DNA of 64,000 nucleotides from Octopus bimaculoides (taxonomy: Eukaryota). Shown here one piece after another: positions 25,170 to 39,189 of this stretch (position 1 is the stretch's first letter; each line of letters opens with the position of its first letter). The notes beneath the pieces were generated by a model. The model had not been told where the DNA came from and searched no databases. It saw nothing but the letters and a program-made list of their open reading frames with translations. The position numbers and the translations under genes were made by a program. The stretch spans positions 29,279,821 to 29,343,820 of the forward strand of contig NC_068984.1 in the NCBI RefSeq assembly GCF_001194135.2, given 5' to 3'.

Positions 25170-27443
25170 CAGGGTTTCATCCGGCACGCGTGATGACTTT
25201 GAAAAGTGTAAAAATTATATTATTTATTTACTTACTTACTGTGATTGTTTGAGTATGACTGATGATAGAGTCAATGATTCAAGTTCTAATAGAAAAACTC
25301 CCTTCAATTATTTAAAGATTTGTTTATTGTATTGAAATAAATATTTTTTTGAAATTAGTTAAATGACTAACAACGTGTTTAAATTTTTTAGCTCAACATT
25401 TCGCTCTGTTTTACCTTACCCAAAATGTCTTTGTCAAAAAAGAGAAAAGTGAATACAGAGTGTAGATTAGTTCAAGAAAAGTGGTCTTTTACCTATTTAT
25501 TCGTGGAGGTGAATGGGAAAGTTGTGTGTCTGGTGTTTTTGCGGCAGGGTTCTGTGCTCAAAGAATATGACGTTCGGCGCCACTATGAGACTCATCATGC
25601 CGACAAGTACAATAACTTGCAAGGACAAAAGAGAAGAGAGAAGGTAAATATATTGTTAGCGGATCTGAAGAAACAACAGTCTGCTTTAACCCAAAGTCGA
25701 GATATCAGTCAGGCAGCAGTAAAAGCTAGCTACCTTGTTATTAGAGAAACAGCATTAGCATCAAAACCGTACTGTGAGGGATGAGTTCGTGAGAACATGC
25801 ATACTGAAGGTTACAGAAATTGTATGCCCTGAGAAGCGACAGACTTTTGTCAACATTAGCCTGACGAGAGACACTGTGGCAGATAGGGTTTCAGATTTTT
25901 CTGCAGATTTGGACAGGCAACTGAAGCACAAAGTCAAGTCATTTATTGCATTTTCGGTTGCTGTCGTGCAACTGGCCATATTCATTCGTGATGTAGACGA
26001 GAGCTTGACTGTCACCGAGGAGTTTCTGGAGCTGGTTCCTATGATGGACACCACAACAGCAAATGGCATTTTCATCTCCCTTGTTGGAGCGCTGGACAGG
26101 GTCGGAGTGGACTGGACCCGTGCTGTCAGCATGGTTACAGATCGCCCTACATGAATGATTGGAAAAAAATCAGGTGCTCTGACGTAGTTCAGAGAGAAAG
26201 TACAGACTGCAAATGGAAGACGTAATTTTTGGATATTTCACTGTATTTGGCACCAAGAGGCATTGTGTTGCAAGTCGTTCAAAATGTATTACGTCATGGA
26301 AGTGGTTGTCCAAACTGTTAATTTCATCCGAGCTAGAGGTCTGAATCACCGTCAGTTTGACAATGTTCTCAGCGATATAGGCGTTACCTATGGCTTGCCA
26401 TATCACACTGAGGTAAGGTGGTGAAGCTGAAGTGCCGTATTGAAGCGTTTCTTTAATCTACGAGAAGAAATTGAACAGTTCATGGAGAAAAAGGGCTGCA
26501 AGATTTAGCATTTATCGTGGATATTACAGAGTACTTGAATAATTTGAACAAAATGCTGCAAGGCCATAAAAAAGCTGTCACACAATATTTTGAAAGCACA
26601 CGCGCGTTCAAATTCAAGCTAGGTTTGTGGGAAACACAACTGTCTGGTGGTGACCCTGCTCATTTTCGTTGTGTAAAAGATGTGGTTGCGACCGCAGATA
26701 AATTTGACATGAATCGGTACAAGACAATATCACGGGATTGCTGCGAGAGTTTCAGCAACGGTTTCAGATTTTTGATGAACTTGAGACAGATTTCACAGCT
26801 TTTTGCTCACCATTAACAGTCAACGCTTCTGATCTGCCCATCAACATCGAAATTGAAATAATTGACTTGCAGTGTGATTCAGATTTGAAGAACTAATTTA
26901 CCTCGGTAGGCTTGGACACATTTTATCGGTATTTCTTTCCAAAGCGCCCCAAAATGACAGCCCTTGCTGTGAACGTTTAGTTAATGTTCGGGACTTCCTA
27001 CCTTTGTGAACAAGTTTTCTCTGTAATGAGCATCAATAAAACAATGCTACATTCAAGACCCACACATAAGCACCTAAATGACATCCTGAAATTGGCAGCT
27101 ACTCATATTTTGGCACCTAGTGTTGATACGCTTGTGAAGGAGGAAAGATGCCAAGTTTAAGGAAGATATTGAAAATAAATGATAAAAAATGAAAGTGTTT
27201 TTTAAATGTTTTTCAAAATGTTTTTTTTTGTTTTAGTTTATGAATTGTATTCAATTACAAGGCAGTGTGATAGCTCGGTCTTCTTTAGCAGTTCATAGTT
27301 TCACTTGTTCAATGTTTTGCAAAAATAAAAATTTGAAGTTGCTATTTATAGGTTCTTATGCCATGATTTTACTAGTCTGGCTCGCTTGAGATCAAATTGG
27401 GTTGATATGTGGCCCATAAACTAAAATGAGTTCGAAACCCCTG
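25170..27443 (+). mobile_element. Full-length hAT (Charlie/SPIN-related) DNA transposon, 2274 bp
   Basis: Identical 8-bp TSD TTTTAGAG at 25162-25169 and 27444-27451. Right TIR reads CAGGGGTTTCGAACTC; left end is eroded (CAGGGTTTCA). Contains a transposase pseudogene. Confidence 0.93.
25425..27160 (+). pseudogene. Disrupted hAT transposase of the GTF2IRD2/SPIN-like class
   Basis: N-terminal RRHYETHH, then FHCIWHQEALCCKS (CxxH), HTEVRW and C-terminal MFGTSYLCEQVFSVMSINK. Frameshifts (about 25778 and later) and stops are present. FSVAVVQLAIF lacks the usual IDESTD catalytic-Asp segment. Confidence 0.95.
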
Positions 27444-27659
27444 TTTTAGAGTATCGGGAATAGATAATGTAATGCGTCCTTCGTTTACTTTAGGCGAGTA
27501 GAGTGGACCTTGAGGGAGATTTAGTTGCTATATTTTGCAGGTCGAACACCTACGCTGATTTTCCTGTGTAGTTACTATTGTTGCTGAAACTCAGGAAATA
27601 TATGAACAAAGGTTATTTTAGCAATGACCAGCCCTTCTTTTGCATATCAAGGACTATTT

Positions 27660-27896
27660 TTTACCTCTTGCTTGTTTCAGTCCTTGAACTGCGGCCATGC
27701 TGTGGTACAGCCTTGAAGAATATTAGTCGAACAAATTTACTCCAGTTCTTCTGTTGTTTTTTTTAAAGTCTAATTCTCATTTACTACCATACCGCTAAGT
27801 TAGGGATGGGGTGAAAACAAACTAGCACCTGTTGTCAATCGGTATGAGGACACACAAAACACAAAGAAGGTACACACACACACTCTCTCTCTCTTT

Positions 27897-27981
<85 letters not shown>

Positions 27982-28137
27982 ACACACATATTTTCCGCCT
28001 GCCAGATCCACTGACAAGGCTCCGGTCGGTTCAAAGATACAGTTGAAGAAGCTTGCCCAAGGTATCACGCAGTGGGACTGAACCAGAAACCATGTAGTTG
28101 GGAAGCAAATTTCTTACCACACACCTATCCCTACGCC
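27660..28137 (-). mobile_element. SINE family A with internal (GA)n
   Basis: Head, body and tail homology to the other family A copies; (TC)n at about 27883-27980. Confidence 0.85.
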
Positions 28138-28671
28138 TACATTGAACTTATATTTAAGATCTTTAGGGTGTACTTCGAGAGTGTTTGCCTGCTATTTCTT
28201 GTACTTCAAGCACAGCGTTTGAAGCTTCCTCGTTACGGCTTGCAGTATACATGTCTTTGTTATTGATATCATTTGTGTTCTTAATCTTATCTTCAAGTCT
28301 CCTCACGCTATTTTGCCCATTTACAATAAACGAGCCATGCATTTATTTCGAATGCATTCATATACACAATCTATTTATGCCTAGTTTTTCATGTGTATTC
28401 ACAAAGCATGAAATGTGCAGCTAATTTCTATTGCATTGTGTACACACACATATATATACATACATTTGACACGTTCGCTGCGCACATCCCGAACATGTAT
28501 TTGCCTATTTTGCTTTGGTTTTAGTTTTGTACATGGTTTTTTTTTTCGTACAAACTTATTAATGCACATGCAGGAATATATATATCAAAAGGGATGGGAG
28601 AAGTCAGATAAAGATAAGGATAGCTAAAGAGTGATATAGACACAGAAATCGATAGATAGATAGCTAGATAA

Positions 28672-28718
<47 letters not shown>

Positions 28719-29083
28719 TGCTAATTTGCATTTTACACATGCATATGTAGCTAGCCCAGTTCAAAACCTAATGTAACAGGTCGATGTGCAAAGGCTTCCC
28801 GTTTACACACACACATCGGGGATGCGTTGTTCAATGTATACTCACCGATTTTCCAGCTATGACCACCCCACCTTTTTGTCATGTAAATATATTTGAAACT
28901 ATATCATTGTCCATTGTTATCTTTGATTAAGACGGTCAGGTGCAATGTGAAATAGTTATGGTTTCAATTACTGAAAGCCCCGTTATATATTATATTATAT
29001 TTTATGTATATATATATATACAAATAGAAAATTGATATTTGTAAATTTCTCAACGAGAGACATTCAGTAACAGTACTCAAAAA

Positions 29084-29356
29084 TAAAGATTGTTTGCCAA
29101 CATAACCTGGCAGTCCTGGTTTAGGACGAATCTTACCGTTATTTAGCCCCAGGAAACATCGTCTCCAGCTGGCTATACGACGCACTGTTTGTGTGCTTAT
29201 ATTTTCGAACAAGGGATGTTAAACTCCTTTGTTCGAAAATATAAGGACACAGATAGTGTGTCGTGTAGCCTGCTGGAGACGATGTTTCCTGGGCTAAATA
29301 ACGGTAACATTCGTCCTAAACTAGGACTGCCACGTTATGTTGGCAAGTAATCTTTA
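29084..29356. mobile_element. Foldback/palindromic element, about 273 bp
   Basis: Arms of about 130 bp are reverse complements with scattered mismatches, centred near 29220; a related arm occurs at 42345-42446. Confidence 0.9.
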
Positions 29357-29367
29357 CTATACGTATA

Positions 29368-29420
29368 CAGCCTTGGCCAAAAGTATTAGGCCACCCCAAT
29401 GTTTTGGGTTTCTGCTATCT
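29368..29420 (+). mobile_element. Orphan Tc1-type terminal fragment
   Basis: TA|CAGCCTTGGCCAAAAGTATTAGG resembles Tc1 TIR starts; no partner end found. Confidence 0.45.
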
Positions 29421-29469
29421 CAGTGTTAATGAAACTCGTGTACATGGTAGATTTTGGTATATTTCACAC

Positions 29470-29590
29470 ACACACACACGCACACACACAACAGTATATA
29501 CACACAACGGGCTTCTTTCAGTTTCCGTCTACCGAATCCACTCACAAGGCTTTGGTCGGCCCTGGGTTTATGGTAGAAGACACTTGTTCA
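29470..29590 (-). mobile_element. SINE family A, internal fragment
   Basis: ACGGGCTTCTTTCAGTTTCCGTCTACCGAATCCACTCACAAGGCTTTGGTCGGCC. Confidence 0.85.
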
Positions 29591-29939
29591 ATATATCAGC
29601 AGTGTGGAAATACATATACAATACTTATGTACATAGGGTTAATATCCAAATTGCATCCACTTGAAGCGCGTCTGCTTATTTCAGTATTCCGAATCCGTAA
29701 TTTAGATGTTACGTTTGTTTGAGGTATGCATAAGAGTTGAAAATACTGGGAAGAGTTACTGCAGAGTAATAATATCAAAGCCGGTGATTGGAAATTCTTT
29801 TTGGTTATAATTTATTCACCATTACATGTTTTCCATTTGCTAATAGGATCTTAAAAAATTGTACTTGAAATAGAAAACATATATATCTCCTATTAGAAAT
29901 TCTTCAGAGAATCAGACAATACAATAAATAATGATCTCA

Positions 29940-30085
29940 AATTTTGGCACAAGGCCAGCATTTTCGGGAGTGTGGGTAAGTCGATGACATCGACCCGTGC
30001 TCAACTGGTATTTATTTTATCGACTACGACTGGATGGAAGGCAAAGTCGACTCGGTGTGCTAAAGATTATGTCAGCTCGTCGCTT
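29940..30085 (-). mobile_element. SINE family B with an internal deletion
   Basis: TTTTGGCACAAGGCCAGC...CTCAACTGGTATTTATTTTATCGAC...GGCAAAGTCGACTCGG. Confidence 0.8.
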
Positions 30086-30197
30086 TGCAATATATAAATA
30101 ACACAATATAATATTTATATGTACGTGTTCTATACCCTCACTTAGTAATATATACAGAATGCTTGCATGCGTAAATGTATCAATAAGTAGTTATGTA

Positions 30198-30258
30198 CAG
30201 TTATCCCTCGCTACGTCGCGGTTCACCTATCGCCCACTCAGTACATCGCGGATTTTTC
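30198..30258 (+). mobile_element. Tigger/pogo-like MITE terminal fragment
   Basis: TA|CAGTTATCCCTCGCTACGTCGCGGTTCACCTATCGC...CGCGGATTTTT, CpG-rich pogo-type end. Confidence 0.6.
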
Positions 30259-31129
30259 TAGCTCAATCAGGGCCAACATCGGGTTAAACATCAACAGCGG
30301 CGGCGGTGGCAGCAGCAGCAGCAACAACAACAACAACAATAGTAGCAACAACAAAGCATCTAATCCTAGTGGCAGGGCTTGTTAAAAATAACAGTCGCAA
30401 TCCCTTGTGTCGTATCTCCTTTTATTTTCTTTTAAGAAAATATTCCGGATGTAATGACAATGATATAGTTGAAATTTATAGAAGGCAGGTGTATAGAAGA
30501 CAGGTGTATGAACAACAAGCAAGACAATAGGGGAGTATTTAAAGGAAATTTGGCATCACAGTATTTCCAACGGGTCAAGCATAGAAGTTCATATACATTT
30601 GGTATATCCAGTTTGAGATTACATGACAATACAAGGCCCAGAACATCACGGATGAGTGTAAGCGGACACATTATGTATGTATGTATGTATGTATGTATGT
30701 ATGTATGTATGTATGTATGTATGTATGCATGTATGTATGCATGTATGTTTGTATGTATGCACGTATGATTCTATGTTTTATATATGTGTGTGTGTATATA
30801 TATGTAATGTTACATAAATGTAATGTTACATAGCAGTGTTAGTACTTGTAATAGATGTAGTAGCAGTGATAGTTGTACAAGTAGTAGTAGCTCGATTTGT
30901 ATACAATTCTTCCAAAATTTTCCTCGTCTGCCTGTCTGTCTGTCTGTCTGTCTTTCCCCCTCTCTCTCTTAAAGTTATGTCTATTTTTAGGTGTGATGTG
31001 TGTTCATCTGTTTAGTTTTGGTTTAATCCCCTTTTCTTTATTGTTATTATGATGTGGCTGATGTGTCTGTCGTAAATGTGAAATGTTTCCATGGACAGAA
31101 GAGGTTGAGTAAAATATTATGCTTGTATA

Positions 31130-31289
31130 GGCGCAGTGGCTCTGTGGTAAGTAGCTTGCTTACCAACCACATGGGTCTGGGTTCAGTCTCACTGCGTGGC
31201 ACCTTGGGCAAGTGTCTTCTACTATAGCTGACCAAGCCTTGTGAGTAGATTTGGTTGACGGAAACTGAAAGAAGCCAGTCGTATATATG

Positions 31290-31329
<40 letters not shown>

Positions 31330-31530
31330 CTTGTGTTTGTCCCCCCGACATCGCTTGACAACGGATGCTGGTGTGTTTACGTCCCCGTAAATTAGCGGTT
31401 CGGCAAAAGAGACCGATAGAATAAGTACTAGACTTACAAAGAATAAGTCCTGGGGTCGATTTGCTCGACTAAAGGCAGTGCTCCAGCATAGCCGCAGTCA
31501 AATGACTGAAACAAGTAAAAGATTAAAGAG
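31130..31530 (+). mobile_element. SINE family A
   Basis: Complete head, (TA)n(TG)n and tail, homologous to 38245-38722. Confidence 0.93.
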
Positions 31531-32789
31531 TATGTATGTATGTATGTATGTACACAGTTATCCATGTATGTATACACGTATGTACGCATGTATGTATACG
31601 TCTGTGCATGTTTGCTTCCACAAAGTTATTAAAAACAATTTAACATTAAAATAAAGTACTTTCTTATAGTGAGGTATATAATTTTTCAAGGAAAAAGTTG
31701 ACAGTGACTTTGAAAGTTATATATGTAGAAAAAAAGAAAAGTATCAGAGCCAATTTATTTGGCTAAACATTATCGAAGCTAGTGCTCCAGCATGGCCGCA
31801 GTTTAATGACTGAAACAAGTAAGCGATAAACGATTATATATATATATATATNNNNNNNNNNNNNNNNNNNNNNNNNNNNNNNNNNNNNNNNNNNNNNNNN
31901 NNNNNNNNNNNNNNNNNNNNNNNNNNNNNNNNNNNNNNNNNNNNNNNNNNNNNNNNNNNNNNNNNNNNNNNNNNNNNNNNNNNNNNNNNNNNNNNNNNNN
32001 NNNNNNNNNNNNNNNNNNNNNNNNNNNNNNNNNNNNNNNNNNNNNNNNNNNNNNNNNNNNNNNNNNNNNNNNNNNNNNNNNNNNNNNNNNNNNNNNNNNN
32101 NNNNNNNNNNNNNNNNNNNNNNNNNNNNNNNNNNNNNNNNNNNNNNNNNNNNNNNNNNNNNNNNNNNNNNNNNNNNNNNNNNNNNNNNNNNNNNNNNNNN
32201 NNNNNNNNNNNNNNNNNNNNNNNNNNNNNNNNNNNNNNNNNNNNNNNNNNNNNNNNNNNNNNNNNNNNNNNNNNNNNNNNNNNNNNNNNNNNNNNNNNNN
32301 NNNNNNNNNNNNNNNNNNNNNNNNNNNNNNNNNNNNNNNNNNNNNNNNNNNNNNNNNNNNNNNNNNNNNNNNNNNNNNNNNNNNNNNNNNNNNNNNNNNN
32401 NNNNNNNNNNNNNNNNNNNNNNNNNNNNNNNNNNNNNNNNNNNNNNNNNNNNNNNNNNNNNNNNNNNNNNNNNNNNNNNNNNNNNNNNNNNNNNNNNNNN
32501 NNNNNNNNNNNNNNNNNNNNNNNNNNNNNNNNNNNNNNNNNNNNNNNNNNNNNNNNNNNNNNNNNNNNNNNNNNNNNNNNNNNNNNNNNNNNNNNNNNNN
32601 NNNNNNNNNNNNNNNNNNNNNNNNNNNNNNNNNNNNNNNNNNNNNNNNNNNNNNNNNNNNNNNNNNNNNNNNNNNNNNNNNNNNNNNNNNNNNNNNNNNN
32701 NNNNNNNNNNNNNNNNNNNNNNNNNNNNNNNNNNNNNNNNNNNNNNNNNNNNNNNNNNNNNNNNNNNNNNNNNNNNNNNNNNNNNNNNN

Positions 32790-32842
<53 letters not shown>

Positions 32843-32974
32843 GTAGCGGCCGATTACAATTGGAAGGATATGAGGAAATAGTGATGCTTCTACAGCGAAA
32901 CTTGTTGTTCCCTCACTTTCATATCCACCATCATCACCACTACCACCACAACCTCCCCCTCCTTCTGATACTAG

Positions 32975-33034
<60 letters not shown>

Positions 33035-33336
33035 AATGCAGCTGGATGTCGTTTCTACTGTTATTATTTATCATTGCAATGACTGGTCTGCGCTTGCATA
33101 TTCACCGCTGTAGTTATTAGAAGTCGGCTGCTTTTTCTTTCCCTTTTCTCGGTCCGGATTTTGTTACCCTTCTGAGGTTAAATGTGACAGTCATAAGAAT
33201 AGTATTAGTATTGCCGAAATAATGTTATGGAAATGTTTCTGATATAATATTTCTGGTTTAACGACTGGAACGTGTTGTACCAGTAAACGTAATCTTACGA
33301 TGAAGGAACCAATAATCCTGCAACCAGTAAGCTATT

Positions 33337-33723
33337 GTTGTTGTTGGCCCTCTGTCGCTTACGACGTCGAGGGTTCCAGTTGATCCGATCAACGGAACAG
33401 CCTGCTCGTGAAATTAACGTGCAAGTGGCTGAGCACTCCACAGACACGTGTACCCTTAACGTAGTTCTCGGGGATATTCAGCGTGACACAGTGTGAAAAG
33501 GCTGACCCTTTGAATTACGGGCACAACAGAAACAGGAAGAAAGAGTGAGAGAAAGTTGTGGTGAAAGAGTACAACAGGGTTCGCCACCATACCCTACTAG
33601 AGCCTCGTGGAGCTTTAGGTGTTTTCGCTCAATAAACACTCACAACGCCGGGTCTGATAATCGAAACCGCGATCCTACGACCGCGAGTCCGCTGCCTTAA
33701 CCACTGGGCCATTGCGCTTCCAC
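33337..33723 (-). mobile_element. Complete SINE family C with TSD
   Basis: Minus-strand head GTGGAAGCGCAATGGCCCAGTGGTTAAGGCAGCGGACTCGCGG..GGTTTCGATT; (CAA)n tail; direct repeat AGTAAGCTATT at 33326-33336 and 33724-33734. Confidence 0.95.
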
Positions 33724-34489
33724 AGTAAGCTATTAAGACGTACAAAAGCTGCCCCCCCCCACAAAAAGCAAAAAACAAACAAACAAAAGAACAAAAACAA
33801 AGCAAAACAAACAATCATATCTCTTCAGATAGATTGTCCAGCGAATATGCAGCGGGTCCCTTCGCCACTTGCTTTTGTCGCAAACTACAACGATACGTTA
33901 GTGCAAGGGCCCCACCTTCGGGCCACAAACTTTTATTTCTATTTTATTGACTATCGTAGTCTGCAGGGTGTATTGGCATTATATAAGTAATGTATATGAA
34001 ATATATATGTAATGTTTATCTAAAAATTAAACTATATATACTATGCACTTTGTCGTGTTTTATCATGCACGTTATATCCCGGCCCGTAGTATAATTTTCT
34101 TGCGTGGAAAAGGTATATGGTGCCAAAAATGTTTGGGAACCGCTACCCTCGGGCGCTAAAATCTGTGGGCATCGCACAAATTCTGAAAAACAGAATCCAA
34201 TTAAGAACACAAGTATCAGAAATAACGAGAACTGGAGAAATCAGCCCCAGAATAGAGAAGGATGGAAGACAGGACAAGAGTGGGGGCAAAAAAGACGAAA
34301 GGGTCGTGTAGTTAAATATTTAACAGTTTTTCTAGATAAAAGGTATATGCATAAGTGATACGCATTATAATAATGCTATAAATAAATTTCCTGCGCGCAA
34401 ATTAATTATAATTTTTCAACAATAATTTTTAGCTTGGGTAATAAAGGCGAGAGCCGGAAGAATTTATAGAAATAATTGTTAAAGGGGGT

Positions 34490-34850
34490 GCACATAGTAG
34501 GAATGAAAGAACGAAGGCGTACATTGTAATGCTGGGAGGAAAGATGCACATTGTACGAGGGCTGCGAGAAGGATTTACACGTAGTTGGACTGGGAGAAGA
34601 AGGTTAGTGTCATAGAGCTGGGAGAAGGGAGGCACATTGAGGGCTTGGAGAACGGGGAAACGTAGTGTAGCCTGGGATATAAAGGGCGCATCTTGAAGAG
34701 CTACGAGAACGGGTGCACACATTATGGAGAAGGAAGCACGTAAAGTAAAACTGAGAGAAAGGGGCACGCGTTCTGAGCTAGGAGAAGACACGTATTGTAA
34801 AGCTGGGAGAAGTGTGGAACACATAGTAAGACTTGTAGAATATCCTGGGA
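34490..34850. repeat. Degenerate purine-rich minisatellite, about 12 units of 25-30 bp
   Basis: Recurrent GAGCTGGGAGAAG..GCAC..TGTA-like unit. Confidence 0.7.
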
Positions 34851-35569
34851 TATATAGTTTCGCTCGAAATAAAATATCCTTTAGTCAAATATGCAGACAT
34901 ATATATATATATACATACTTACACAAACACACACGAATATATNNNNNNNNNNNNNNNNNNNNNNNNNNNNNNNNNNNNNNNNNNNNNNNNNNNNNNNNNN
35001 NNNNNNNNNNNNNNNNNNNNNNNNNNNNNNNNNNNNNNNNNNNNNNNNNNNNNNNNNNNNNNNNNNNNNNNNNNNNNNNNNNNNNNNNNNNNNNNNNNNN
35101 NNNNNNNNNNNNNNNNNNNNNNNNNNNNNNNNNNNNNNNNNNNNNNNNNNNNNNNNNNNNNNNNNNNNNNNNNNNNNNNNNNNNNNNNNNNNNNNNNNNN
35201 NNNNNNNNNNNNNNNNNNNNNTATACATATATACATATATATTTAAACATATATCCATATTTTTCATACATATGTATATGTATGTAAGTATGTGTGTGTA
35301 TGGGTGGGTGGAGTGTTGATGCGACGCTGATCAAAAGATGGTTTTTACATCATAAAATATCAAATATAGTGCAGCTCAAAAGGGTGGATCTATAGGAAAA
35401 TAAATTGCTTGTTATACTTTCTTCTGGACCAAGAATTGTGATCTGAGCAACGATATTTGGTAGAAGATTAATATGTCCGTGTTTTTTATAGTCACAATGA
35501 TGTAACAACAAGCCATCCGTACGGTACTATCCTTTCTTTCCCTAAATTAGAAAACATTCCTTTGATGGA

Positions 35570-35770
35570 ACGACGTAAAATGCGATTTTAACAAGAAGGT
35601 GCTTTATCACATTATAGCAATAGAGCGAGGTATTTAGATGAAGTCTTTCCAGGGATATAGATTACGAAACTCAATCCAGCTGAATGGTCATCGAGGTCTC
35701 CAGACGCGACGCATCTAATATTTTGTTTCTTTTGGGGCCATCTGAAGCCAAGGGTCTGCATCAATTGTAG
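35570..35770 (+). pseudogene. Decayed Tc1/mariner transposase catalytic fragment
   Basis: QQEGALSHY...YLDEVFPG...EWSSRSPDAT resembles FQQDGAPPHY...YLDEVFPGRWIG...WPPRSPDLTP. Confidence 0.72.
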
Positions 35771-36732
35771 TAGTGTACATCAATTGAAATCGAGGTATTC
35801 ATGAACTAAAGAAGGAATCGTAGATACTTGTGATAACATCAATAGCGATACACCCTACGAAGGTCCAAAGTTCATACATCCACTGGAATCAAAAATGTTT
35901 AGATGTCGAAAGTGACCTTTAGACCATTCTGTAATATATATTTGTTTCATACACAAATACATACATCGGTGTGTGCGCGTGCGTGTGTGCTTAAATGCAC
36001 ACATACATACGTACATACATACAGACAGACAGGCAGACAGACAGACACGTATATATGCATTTATGTAAGCATGTATGTATGTAAATATATCATTTTATGT
36101 TTTATGTGTGTAACTCTATGAGTATATTTGCATGTATGCATGTATGCATGTGTAAATATATATATATATGTGTGTGTGTGTATGTGTGTATTCACACACA
36201 TACACACGCACATATATATGTGTATATACACTCCACACATACAGCTATGCGTGCACAGACAAGTGTGTATGTGTGTGCATGCGTTTGTACATTTCTGTAA
36301 CCATATTCATTTCAGAATAATAGAAATACAAAGGAAAAAGGAAATTAAAAGAAAATAAAAGAAATGAAAAAGAAAAAAAATGGCGAGAGGAAATATTGGC
36401 AAGTCATTCTTCGATCTTTATCGCACCATAGGAATTGCTTTTGAATTTTAATTTCTTTTTAAACAATATAAGATTTAAAAAAGAAAAATGTTTTCCTTAA
36501 CATAAAAATATGTCAATTAATTTTTAATTTAATTTGTAAATGCTTACAGCTATATTCTCATTTATCAGCATGGGATATCGAGATAGGGAAGATATTGTGA
36601 GATTAGCAGTCAATTCGCTGGAACTAAGAAGCTGTGTATATTTTAATTAAATCATGAAATATTTCCGCATACCCAGAGAGCAGATTGATATTTGTTTGTT
36701 TGTTTATTGAATTTATTTATTGTATTTTGCAG

Positions 36733-36882
36733 TTCGTTAACAATGGCGTTCTTGGTTACTGGTTACCAACGGATCAATCACTGGTTCATTGCGTTTATGA
36801 TGGCAAGAGTGAAAAGGGACTGTCTGTGCGTCTCGGGCGGAGAAAATATAATAAGGGGCTTCGTACGAAAGCAGTGTTTTAA
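36733..36882 (+). CDS. Candidate exon (FVNNGVLGYWLPTDQSLVHCVYDGKSEKGLSVRLGRRKYNKGLRTKAVF*), product unknown
   Basis: T-rich tract plus TTTTGCAG| acceptor, followed by non-repetitive GC-richer sequence open in two frames. No homology recognised. Confidence 0.2.
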   Translation, partial: FVNNGVLGYWLPTDQSLVHCVYDGKSEKGLSVRLGRRKYNKGLRTKAVF

Positions 36883-37049
36883 TTCTGTTTCATCGCTAAT
36901 ATTTACATCACCGAAAGACATCTACATATACAAACTCATATATACATAACCTACATACACGTACTTAATATATACATACATACACACACACACACACACA
37001 TACACACACATGCACGCATGCATACATACATATATACATACATACATAC

Positions 37050-37220
37050 ATACATGGAGTAAACGGTAAAGATCCACTTCGGTCATGAATGACAATCGAA
37101 TTGCTCCTAGAAAGTTCCCCTCCGAGGCACAAGTCCGGGCAAGGTTGTTTATTTCAACAGGTGAGTGAATTGGAACAACGTGAAATAAAGTGTCTTGTTC
37201 AAGAACACAACACACAGCCC
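37050..37220 (-). mobile_element. SINE-like family D fragment
   Basis: GGAACAACGTGAAATAAAGTGTCTTGTTCAAGAACAC shared with 46700-46735. Confidence 0.6.
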
Positions 37221-37702
37221 CATCCATCCATCCATCCATCCATCCATCCATCCATCCATCTATCCATCCATCCATTCATCCATCCATCCATACATACATA
37301 CATAGGTAGTACAAACATACATACATACGTACATACATACATACACACATACTGGAGCACTAGGTTTTGTTAGTAAAGGCGTAAAGGAGAATTTGGATAA
37401 TAAGAAAGAGTAATCGACCGGTTAGTTCGTACATTACAAGTGCAATTTGAGAATGGAACAGTAAAAATGTGCAAGACTTTTCTCAAGTTCCAAATGTGAA
37501 TTTGTGTTAACTACATCCCAAAGACTGAGCATTGTATTTTTGTTCGAAACCGGCTCTCTCCTCAGTGGAAGATTTATAATAATTAAAAACTAGAAGTCAC
37601 ATACATACATACATACATACATACATACATACATACATAAATACATACATACATACATACATACATAAAACATACATACATACATGTGTATACATTGGGA
37701 CA

Positions 37703-37745
<43 letters not shown>

Positions 37746-37748
37746 ATG

Positions 37749-37779
<31 letters not shown>

Positions 37780-38244
37780 ATGCACAAACACACAAACACA
37801 TACACACAAATACCCAAACAATTACTTACATATGTACGATGGGCTGCAACAGTTTCTCTCAGTCGAATTTCACTCACAGGCCATTCGTCAACCCGAACCT
37901 ATAGTAAAATACACCTGCTGAAGGTGACACAGAGTAGGAATGCGGGACGTACATATATACATACACACAGACCACTTACACACATTTCTGTTTGTTAACG
38001 GTAGTAGTTTGAAAGCCAACCACTATGAGTGTAATGTTTATATCAGTCGACTGCCCAAACGTCTAATTGATTATCTCTCGTTACACCAACGGCCACCTTG
38101 CATTTGTACCTTACGAAAACGATGAAATAAATATCAAACAACGTACTGACGTCGATATAATAAACTGAAACAGCTGAAATCTGTGCCCCAGCAAGGCCGT
38201 AAGTTAGTAACTCAAACCAATAAAAGAATATAAAGAGAATGTAA

Positions 38245-38722
<478 letters not shown>

Positions 38723-39060
38723 ATGAATCTCGCGGCAAAAATTAGATATTTTTTAAAGTCAGAAATATCAAGAATCTATAGAACTGTATATCTGTACGTG
38801 TTATTCTTGTTACAATTATAGTGGTTTCGACCCAGGTTAGACCTGGTTGGAGCAGGCCTATGATCCATGACATTCCGATCGTGACCAAATCCTCTTTTGT
38901 TTTCCAATATAGTCTTTTATCTGAGACTACATTATCCAGTGTGCTTTTCTGTATTTGAGAAAGTACGGTGTAGTTTGAAGGAGATTTTGCCTACAATATC
39001 TAGCAGGTTGATGAACTGCATTGACGCTTATCTTGTTGACTCGTATCTCTGCGTGTTTCC

Positions 39061-39127
39061 TTACAATATTATGGAGTCTGTCTGCCATACAGGCTGTTGC
39101 TGTTGCTGCTGTTGTTGTTGTTGCTGT

Positions 39128-39189
<62 letters not shown>

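Noticed and set aside
30540-30660. Mariner-like LHDNTRPRTSRM motif
   Set aside because: A single short motif with no flanking homology or TIRs; possible fossil but not supported as a feature.
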